A stretch of DNA of 64,000 nucleotides from an uncultured Flavobacterium sp. (GTDB lineage Bacteria; Bacteroidota; Bacteroidia; Flavobacteriales; Flavobacteriaceae): the NCBI GenBank assembly GCA_964535705.1, contig CAZHVE010000001.1, positions 56,960 through 120,959 on the forward strand, given 5' to 3'. This document shows positions 18,859 through 26,063 of the stretch, piece after piece. A model generated the notes under the pieces. The model had not been told where the DNA came from. It saw nothing but the letters and a program-made list of their open reading frames with translations, and did not search any database. Within the stretch, counting starts at the first letter, position 1. Every line of letters begins with the position of its first letter. The position numbers were made by a program, and so were the translations under genes.

Positions 18859-20580
18859 ATGCAGTTATTCGATTGGATTGTTCTTGTTGTTACTTTACTC
18901 TTTATAGTAATTTATGGAGTTTGGAAAACGAAGGGAAGCAAGAACGTAGAGGATTATATTTTGGGAAACAACGAAACACCATGGCATACCGTGGGACTTT
19001 CGGTTATGGCAACGCAAGCCAGTGCGATTACCTTTCTTTCGACTCCAGGACAGGCCTATCATGACGGAATGGGTTTTTTGCAATTCTATTTTGGTTTGCC
19101 CATTGCGATGGTGGTTATTTGTGTCACTTTTATCCCCATATATCATAAATACAAAATTTTTACTGCTTATGAATATCTTGAAAAACGCTTTGATTTAAGA
19201 ACTCGTTCCTTAGCGGCTATACTTTTCTTGGTACAAAGAGGTTTGGGAACTGGACTTACCATTTATGCACCCTCAATCATTTTGTCGGCACTATTGGGCT
19301 GGAATCTAACTTTAATGAATATCATCATAGGGGTTCTCGTAATAATCTACACGTTTTCGGGCGGTACAAAGGCGGTAAACGTGACCCAAAAGCAACAAAT
19401 GTTCGTTATCATGTCAGGGATGTTCATCACTTTTTTACTTATTTTGTATTATTTACCCAATGACATGACTTTCAACAATGCGTTGCATATTGCAGGAGCC
19501 AATGACAAAATGAATATCGTTGATTTTTCATTTAACCCAGAAGAAAAATATACTTTTTGGAGTGGAATCACGGGCGGTTTTTTCTTGGCGTTGGCTTATT
19601 TTGGCACCGACCAATCCCAGGTAGGACGCTATTTGTCAGGGAAATCTGTTAGGGAAAGCCAAATGGGATTAATAATGAACGGGCTTTTAAAAGTACCTAT
19701 GCAGTTCTTTATTTTGCTTACTGGAGTCATGGTTTTTGTGTTTTTTCAATTCAATCCGGTGCCTTTGAATTTTAATCCCAATAACAAAATAATCATAGAA
19801 AAATCCCAATACAAAAATGAATACCACGTTTTAGAAAAAAAACTAATTGCCTTATCCGAAGACAAGAAAGTAATCAACTTATTATATATCGACCAACTCA
19901 ACCAGGACTTCGACAATCCGATTCTTCGAAAAGAGTTAATTGGATTATCCAATAAAGAAAAAGATTTGAGGGATAGAGCCAAGGAAATTATTCTCAAGGC
20001 GGACAGTAACAGTGAAACGAATGACAAGGATTACGTGTTTTTTCACTTCATACTGCATTATTTGCCTAAAGGATTAATTGGATTGTTGCTTGCCGTAATT
20101 ATTTCGGCTGCAATGTCCTCGACCGCTTCGGGACTTAACGCACTGGCATCGACAACTGCAATCGATATTTATAAACGTAATCTAAAGGAAGAAAAATCAG
20201 AAAGGCATTATGTGAATGCAACCAAATTTTTTACCTTGTTTTGGGGAATTGTTGCTATTTTATTTGCCAGCATAGGAACATTGTTTGAGAATTTAATCCA
20301 ATTGGTCAATATCGTGGGTTCCATTTTCTACGGAACCGTTTTGGGTATTTTTATGGTGGGTTTTTATGTAAAACGAGTACAGGCAAAAGCCATTTTTTTC
20401 AGTGCAGCCATTAGCCAAATTACCATTTTTATCATTTATTATTATGCCATTTTCATATTTGAAAGTGGCGAAGAAAAGCTGGGTTATTTATGGCTCAACT
20501 TCATCGGGGCTTTACTCACCATTGTTTTGTCGGTATTGATACAAGCTACTGTTTTCAGTAAAAAAAGGCAAGACCAATAA
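18859..20580 (+). CDS. Sodium:solute symporter
   Basis: ATQASAITFLSTPG, YFGTDQSQVGRYL, multiple TM segments. Confidence 0.92.
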   Translation: MQLFDWIVLVVTLLFIVIYGVWKTKGSKNVEDYILGNNETPWHTVGLSVMATQASAITFLSTPGQAYHDGMGFLQFYFGLPIAMVVICVTFIPIYHKYKIFTAYEYLEKRFDLRTRSLAAILFLVQRGLGTGLTIYAPSIILSALLGWNLTLMNIIIGVLVIIYTFSGGTKAVNVTQKQQMFVIMSGMFITFLLILYYLPNDMTFNNALHIAGANDKMNIVDFSFNPEEKYTFWSGITGGFFLALAYFGTDQSQVGRYLSGKSVRESQMGLIMNGLLKVPMQFFILLTGVMVFVFFQFNPVPLNFNPNNKIIIEKSQYKNEYHVLEKKLIALSEDKKVINLLYIDQLNQDFDNPILRKELIGLSNKEKDLRDRAKEIILKADSNSETNDKDYVFFHFILHYLPKGLIGLLLAVIISAAMSSTASGLNALASTTAIDIYKRNLKEEKSERHYVNATKFFTLFWGIVAILFASIGTLFENLIQLVNIVGSIFYGTVLGIFMVGFYVKRVQAKAIFFSAAISQITIFIIYYYAIFIFESGEEKLGYLWLNFIGALLTIVLSVLIQATVFSKKRQDQ

Positions 20581-20614
20581 AAAATCCCGTCTCGAAATAA
20601 TCAGGACGGGATTC
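20579..20614. terminator. Bidirectional intrinsic terminator
   Basis: AATCCCGTC...GACGGGATT stem with A-tract, between convergent genes. Confidence 0.65.
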
Positions 20615-20633
20615 ATGTTAAAAGACAACGCAC

Positions 20634-21479
20634 TTATTTTTTACTCCATTCTTCTATGCTTTCTTTATTCATTTTTATATAGTCTTGGTTTTTGGCGATT
20701 TCAGCAGCGGCAAGGGAAAGTTTGGCCGTTTCGATAGCGCCTTTTTTGTCGCCTAGTTTTGACTGAATCAAGGATTTCAAACGATAATAATGAAATGGTT
20801 TTTCTTGCTTCATATCCAACGCTTTGTTAACATAAATTAGGGATTTTGCCACATCGCCATTGGAGTCAAATAAATATTTTGCGGATGAAAAGTAATCTCC
20901 GGCAGTGGGTCCTGCCAATACTTTTTCAATGCTCGTCATAGCCTTTTTCTGAGATGGGACTTCAAACTTCAGGGGAACAATTGTTTTTTCCCAAGACAAT
21001 TCTAAATGAGCAAAGTTAAAATCTAGATTGTTAATCCCAATGGTAAAACTTTCCACATTTCTATCTAATGTTTCAGGTGTTGCGTTCGTCCTCAATGCCA
21101 CTTTGGTTTCGTCCCAAACTTCTGGAGTTCCCCAATTATCTGTTTTGGAATAAAAGATGATTTCCCAATTATCGGCTTTAGGAATGGCATATAAAGCATA
21201 TTTCCCTTTAGTCAATATTTTGCCATCGATAACAACATCATCACTGAAGGATAGGGTTGTATTCTCGTTGGCCCCTGTTCGCCACAATTTTCCAAAAGGC
21301 ACCAAATCCCCAAAAATAGGCCTTCCCTTAGTACTTGGCCTCGAATAATTAATCTCCACTTCGGTTAAACCAACCATTTGGGTCAATGTCGACTTCGGAC
21401 TTTGCTGTGGTGTTTTAACTTGTGCCTCAATAATAAGCGGAGCAATAAAAAAAGTCAATGCAAAAATTATTTTTTTCAT
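20634..21479 (-). CDS. DUF2911-domain protein
   Basis: Signal peptide; YSRPS.KGR.IFG.LVPFGKLWRTGAN motif. Confidence 0.85.
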   Translation of the reverse strand: MKKIIFALTFFIAPLIIEAQVKTPQQSPKSTLTQMVGLTEVEINYSRPSTKGRPIFGDLVPFGKLWRTGANENTTLSFSDDVVIDGKILTKGKYALYAIPKADNWEIIFYSKTDNWGTPEVWDETKVALRTNATPETLDRNVESFTIGINNLDFNFAHLELSWEKTIVPLKFEVPSQKKAMTSIEKVLAGPTAGDYFSSAKYLFDSNGDVAKSLIYVNKALDMKQEKPFHYYRLKSLIQSKLGDKKGAIETAKLSLAAAEIAKNQDYIKMNKESIEEWSKK

Positions 21480-21548
21480 AATAGAATATTTTAGAAGTTT
21501 TTCCAAATTTACAAATACCTGCCATCTAAACAAAATTATTGCAATAAA

Positions 21549-22202
21549 TTATAAAACAAGCACTTTTTCAAAACTCAACTCACCAAAATGATTAATAACG
21601 AAATCCGCCAATGATAAATCCTGCATTTTTGAATGTTCGCTATTGTAGCCTACACAAAAAATCCCTGCCGCTTTTGCAGCAATAACGCCATTGGTGCTAT
21701 CTTCTATCACGATGCAATTTTCTTTTGAAGCAACTGACAAGGAAGCTGCATACTCAAATATGGCAGGATGTGGTTTCGAATTAGGGAAATCCTCACCGCT
21801 GACGATATGGGTAAAATATTGATACAATCCAAAACGTTTGAAAACACGATCAATAGTCACTTTAGAAGCTGAAGAAGCCACTATCAATTGTATTCCGTTT
21901 GCGTGTAAATCTTTGATCAATTTCTCCACGCCATCCAATAATGCCAAATCTTCTTTCGTATCGAAAGCGTCATTGAAAATAGTGCGCTTCCTTTGGATTA
22001 AATCTTCCACTTCCGCTTCGATAGGAAATAAATCTTTCAATTTTTGAAAGGTATTACGAGTAGAGTTTCCCGTGAATGAAGTATAAATTTCCTCTGATAC
22101 GACTATGTTTAGTTCGGCAAATTGTTTAAAATAAGCGTAATGGTGAACGGGTTCCGTGTCAACGATTACGCCATCCATATCAAAAATTACGGTTTGAATC
22201 AT
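21549..22202 (-). CDS. HAD-family phosphatase
   Basis: IFDMDGVIVD, KPHP, IEDS motifs. Confidence 0.9.
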   Translation of the reverse strand: MIQTVIFDMDGVIVDTEPVHHYAYFKQFAELNIVVSEEIYTSFTGNSTRNTFQKLKDLFPIEAEVEDLIQRKRTIFNDAFDTKEDLALLDGVEKLIKDLHANGIQLIVASSASKVTIDRVFKRFGLYQYFTHIVSGEDFPNSKPHPAIFEYAASLSVASKENCIVIEDSTNGVIAAKAAGIFCVGYNSEHSKMQDLSLADFVINHFGELSFEKVLVL

Positions 22203-22204
22203 AT

Positions 22205-22239
22205 TGGGTATTAGGTCTTGGGTTTTGGGTTATGAGTTT
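22205..22239. repeat. Degenerate heptamer tandem repeat (TGGGTWW)
   Basis: TGGGTAT TAGGTCT TGGGTTT TGGGTTA TGAGTTT. Confidence 0.55.
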
Positions 22240-22267
22240 TAATTTGAGACTGATTACTGATGATTGA

Positions 22268-22984
22268 TTAGTCTTTTTTAAGTAAATGTCGAATCACGGT
22301 TTCGGCGGCATACAAGCCAAATAATCCCGGCATATAACTATTAGTTCCGTAAAAGGATTTCTTATAATTAGACCCATCGGTCATTTTTAAACTGGAATCA
22401 TCTTGAATTTCCGACGAAAAAACCACTTTCAATTTGTCAATTTTCACTTCTTTCAAACGTCGGCGAATCGTTTTAGCCAGAAAGCAATTTACGGTATTGG
22501 TAATATCGGCCACCTTCACTTTAGAAGCTTCCATCTTCCCTCCCGCTCCCATACTGCTGATAATTTTCACTCTCTTGCGCTTGGCACCAATAATCAAATT
22601 CAATTTGGGTGTGATGCTGTCAATACAATCCAAAACATAATCATATTCCTCCGAAACAATTTCGAAAGCGCGCTCTGGCGATAGAAATTCTTTAATGCGG
22701 GTTAGTTTCAATTCGGGATTAATATCCATCAATCTATCGCCAACAATAGTTACTTTGGGCTGACCAACTGTTGAATGCAAGGCCGGCAATTGTCGGTTGA
22801 TATTGGTAATATCCACTATATCCCCATCCACAATTGTCATGGTTCCCACGCCGGCTCTTGCCAAAAACTCGGCTGCAAAGGAACCCACGCCTCCCAATCC
22901 CACAACCAAAATATTGGCGTTTTTTAATTTTTGTAATCCTTCGGGTTTAAATAAAAGTTCCGCTCTTTCTGTCCATTCGGCCAT
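22268..22984 (-). CDS. tcdA: tRNA threonylcarbamoyladenosine dehydratase (ThiF family)
   Basis: GLGGVGS, TNINRQ, SSMGAGGK motifs. Confidence 0.88.
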   Translation of the reverse strand: MAEWTERAELLFKPEGLQKLKNANILVVGLGGVGSFAAEFLARAGVGTMTIVDGDIVDITNINRQLPALHSTVGQPKVTIVGDRLMDINPELKLTRIKEFLSPERAFEIVSEEYDYVLDCIDSITPKLNLIIGAKRKRVKIISSMGAGGKMEASKVKVADITNTVNCFLAKTIRRRLKEVKIDKLKVVFSSEIQDDSSLKMTDGSNYKKSFYGTNSYMPGLFGLYAAETVIRHLLKKD

Positions 22985-22994
22985 AAGTAATAAG

Positions 22995-23657
22995 TTATGT
23001 GTTGATATGTATGGGGTGAAATACAGTATTGAAATTTAAATTCACCATTTCCTGTAGCGCTATCAATTGAATATTTTTATATTTCGCTGCCAATTCATAA
23101 ACGCCTTGAATTCCCTTTTCAATAGTATCGGTTTCCAAGAAAAACCGATCGTTTGGAATACTCGTAAAAACAGATTCCAATGCTGGATTTCGTAACAAAT
23201 TTTTACCAAACGAAACATAAAATCCAGCATCAATTACTTGTTGGGCCAACTGTTCGTTTTTTGAAAATCCGTGAATGAGCATTGGGACGGTAATTTTCAA
23301 TCTTTTCTTGATTTCGATGAGTTCCTGAAAAGCCGCAACACAGTGTATCACAACTGGTTTTTGGTGTTTCGCAGCCAAAGCCAATTGTTTTTCGAATACC
23401 GCTTGCTGCAATCCAAAAGGCGTTTCACTACGTTTGTCCAATCCACATTCGCCCAAAGCTAGGCATTCCGGCAAAGCCAATTTCTGGTCTACGATTTGGA
23501 AATCCTTTTCCAATCGATTTTCGTCAATATACAAAGGATGAATTCCAATCGAATAAAACGGAATCGTGGCGTCAAATTCTTGTGGATATTGATTGACTAA
23601 TTCCAAGACATCCGGTTGATTCGTGAATTGGTGGGTATGTAAATTGAAGAATTGCAT
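22995..23657 (-). CDS. tatD: TatD-family hydrolase
   Basis: HTH, GIHP, GECGLD, IHCV, HGF, LETD motifs; start at MQFFNLHTH. Confidence 0.88.
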   Translation of the reverse strand: MQFFNLHTHQFTNQPDVLELVNQYPQEFDATIPFYSIGIHPLYIDENRLEKDFQIVDQKLALPECLALGECGLDKRSETPFGLQQAVFEKQLALAAKHQKPVVIHCVAAFQELIEIKKRLKITVPMLIHGFSKNEQLAQQVIDAGFYVSFGKNLLRNPALESVFTSIPNDRFFLETDTIEKGIQGVYELAAKYKNIQLIALQEMVNLNFNTVFHPIHINT

Positions 23658-23724
23658 AGCGCAAAAATAGTTTAAAGTTACTATGCCACAAAGTTTTTTA
23701 TCTTTGTGAAAATAAATAGTATTT

Positions 23725-23865
23725 ATGTTCCAAATTTTAGCCCAAATAAACAAACTCCTGCTGCCTAGTTTTACCAAACAAGGAGTGGATTTGGCCAAAG
23801 CCAAGAAATGGCAAAAAGCGCTCATTGGCCATCGGTATTACGTAACCGCAAGAGCATTAGATTGA
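23725..23865 (+). CDS. Small basic protein (46 aa)
   Basis: MFQILAQINKLLLPSFTKQGVDLAKAKKWQKALIGHRYYVTARALD*; preceded by TATCTTTG (-7 element); resembles a small conserved Flavobacteriaceae protein. Confidence 0.6.
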   Translation: MFQILAQINKLLLPSFTKQGVDLAKAKKWQKALIGHRYYVTARALD

Positions 23866-23928
23866 AGAATGACGATTTTAGATTCTTGATTTAAGAATGA
23901 GAAAAAAAGAATGTTTTTTTAATTTTCA

Positions 23929-23960
23929 ATTTGCAAGGTTGTCAAAATTACCTATATTTG
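23929..23960 (+). promoter_or_regulatory. Bacteroidota sigma-A promoter of the tRNA
   Basis: TTTG ... TATATTTG immediately upstream of the tRNA. Confidence 0.65.
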
Positions 23961-23973
23961 CACCCACAAAATA

Positions 23974-24047
23974 GGCCTTGTGGCGCAACTGAATAGCGCA
24001 CTTGATTACGGCTCAAGAGGTTACTGGTTTGAATCCAGTCAAGGTCA
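23974..24047 (+). tRNA. tRNA-Arg(ACG)
   Basis: Acceptor GGCCTTG/CAAGGTC, anticodon arm CTTGA-TTACGGC-TCAAG, T arm ACTGG-TTTGAAT-CCAGT; no encoded CCA. Confidence 0.95.
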
Positions 24048-24067
24048 CAAATAAATACTACTATAAG

Positions 24068-24099
24068 AAAAAACGCCAAGCTCGCTTGAGCGTTTTTTT
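24068..24099 (+). terminator. Terminator after tRNA
   Basis: AAAAAACGC-CAAG...CTTG-AGCGTTTTTT. Confidence 0.65.
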
Positions 24100-24263
24100 G
24101 TTATTAGTATTTTCAAAGCGGAGCTTTATTGGATGTTGCGGAGCAAAATCCAGCCAAAAACAATATATTGAAATCTTTGATTGAAAAGATTTCCCATTTC
24201 CACTACGGAGCTCTATCTGGAAGGACGAAGTCAATCCACGTAAATACGCATTCCCTTAAATAA

Positions 24264-24833
24264 ATGATGGACTATTTCCTAGATATTGAATACAACAACC
24301 TTACTTACGGCGAGGAAGAAGTCAATTTCAAGGAATTCGAATGTTGCACATTCAATTACTGTGATTTTTCGCAATGTGTGTTTCTGGCCGTCACTTTTAT
24401 CGATTGTGTTTTCAATGATTGTAATTTCAACGCTGCCAAAATCAATTATGTGGCGCTGAGAACGGTGACTTTCAATCGTTGCGAGATGAAAGAAGTCAAT
24501 TTTGCCATGTGCGACAAATTGATTTTCGACATTGCCTTTACCCATTGCTTGCTGGATTTCTCCAAGTTTTACACCTTAAAGCTCAAAGGCACTTCCTTTG
24601 AGCATTGCAGCCTTATAGCCGTTGATTTCATGAGCGCCGATTTAACCGAAGTCGTTTTTGACCGTTGCGATTTGTACCGCTCAGAATTTGCCAAAGCCAT
24701 TGCCAACAAAGCTAATTTCAAAACCAGCTACAACTACACCATTGACCCCACTAAGACCAAAATCAAGAAAGCCGTTTTTGCTTTGGACGGTTTAAAAGGA
24801 CTTTTAACAAAATACGAGGTAGTGGTGGAATAA
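24264..24833 (+). CDS. Pentapeptide-repeat protein
   Basis: Regular F/L-x-x-C/A-x-F pentapeptide periodicity over about 170 aa. Confidence 0.9.
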   Translation: MMDYFLDIEYNNLTYGEEEVNFKEFECCTFNYCDFSQCVFLAVTFIDCVFNDCNFNAAKINYVALRTVTFNRCEMKEVNFAMCDKLIFDIAFTHCLLDFSKFYTLKLKGTSFEHCSLIAVDFMSADLTEVVFDRCDLYRSEFAKAIANKANFKTSYNYTIDPTKTKIKKAVFALDGLKGLLTKYEVVVE

Positions 24834-24883
24834 TTTCTATTCATACCCGAACAATCTAGATTTAGTAGTATATAAAAAATCCT

Positions 24884-24916
24884 TTTGAGACTTATAAGAT
24901 AAATTTGATATATTTG
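24884..24916 (+). promoter_or_regulatory. Consensus Bacteroidota promoter facing the cassette array (Pc-like)
   Basis: TTTG(24884-87)-N21-TATATTTG(24909-16). Confidence 0.55.
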
Positions 24917-24923
24917 GACTGCA

Positions 24924-25011
24924 ATCCGCTAAGGAGTAGCGACAACCTAACCAATTTTGGGTCTATAATCGCTACTTTATAGCGAGTATATACAAGTTTA
25001 CAAGCAACCCT
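24924..25011 (+). repeat. att-like site 1 (truncated attC or attI-like)
   Basis: CGCTAAGGAGTAGCGA...TCGCTACTTTATAGCG stem followed by core GTTTACAAGCAACCCT; no left TAAC box. Confidence 0.55.
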
Positions 25012-25118
25012 AAGAGAACTGCAAAAAAGAAAATTATTGCTAAAATTTAATTTTTATCATAAGTCGAATATGCAAACTAAATTTTACGATATTTACCAAA
25101 ATATAAGATTTAACAAAA

Positions 25119-26063
25119 ATGTACAATACTGTCCCAGAACAACTAAGAAAATTAGCAATTGAAAATGTTTTTAGTACACCTACCTATAAAAATTGTTGGA
25201 AAATTTGGCAACCAGAAATTATAAGACTCTTAGGAAATCACTATTCTGAAAATGAAATTTTAAATCTAGGTGACAATCTTTCAGATATATTCAAGTCAAC
25301 TGGAGGTGGCGGAAGAGGTCAAGGGGAATTATCAGCAAGCGGAACAGCTTGGGAATCTTTAGTTTGTTGGTATATTAATCTTTGTACAGCAGGAAGCAGA
25401 GTTGTCGCCATAAAAAAAATGAGTATTGTTCCTAAAGCAATACAAGATGCAATAACGGTGAATTATGGTAATTTTGCTTGTAATACCGAATCTGATATAA
25501 CAATTATTGTCTTTCCTGATTTACCCGAGTATAATACTGATGTAAATCAATTAAATATTTTAAATAGTAGCGGAAATCAAATTTTGCCAATTTTAAAAAA
25601 CAAATTTAATCTTGAACTAACAAATCATTTAGCAGAAAGAGATTTCAATCTATTTGAAATCGGAATTATTCAATGCAAAACAAACTGGAATGACAACGCT
25701 CAAATACCAATGTTATGGGATATGATTTATTCTGCTGGCGGTTTTCGTGGCAGAAATATAACAATAGGTAGAAATGGTTATAATATTCAAAATGCACAAA
25801 GTTTTAGTTATTCGTTTGTAACAGTTCCATCAAACGCAAATACTATTTACAAACCTGATGGAGTAGCAGTTAAGCGAGTTACTAATTTATCTGGAGGAAA
25901 CTATTGGGGTAATCCAAGTGTACAAAATGTTGCCAAATCATTAAAAGAAATTTTTACTAATAATTTCAATTCTGGCTCAAGAACTGGATTGAGAACTGAC
26001 ATTCGAACAGCAATTCCTGAATTGACAGCAAACAATCCATTGTCTTATTTTGGTCTTTATTGA
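25119..26063 (+). CDS. Putative type II restriction endonuclease (PD-(D/E)xK-like)
   Basis: Convergent with and overlapping a C5-MTase; candidate catalytic motif WES...ESDI...IIQCK. Confidence 0.6.
   Translation: MYNTVPEQLRKLAIENVFSTPTYKNCWKIWQPEIIRLLGNHYSENEILNLGDNLSDIFKSTGGGGRGQGELSASGTAWESLVCWYINLCTAGSRVVAIKKMSIVPKAIQDAITVNYGNFACNTESDITIIVFPDLPEYNTDVNQLNILNSSGNQILPILKNKFNLELTNHLAERDFNLFEIGIIQCKTNWNDNAQIPMLWDMIYSAGGFRGRNITIGRNGYNIQNAQSFSYSFVTVPSNANTIYKPDGVAVKRVTNLSGGNYWGNPSVQNVAKSLKEIFTNNFNSGSRTGLRTDIRTAIPELTANNPLSYFGLY

Noticed and set aside
24020..24036. tRNA T-loop TTTGAAT instead of TTCGAAT as a sign of a pseudo-tRNA
   Set aside because: All stems pair, promoter and terminator are intact, and I recall this variant in Bacteroidota tRNA-Arg(ACG)
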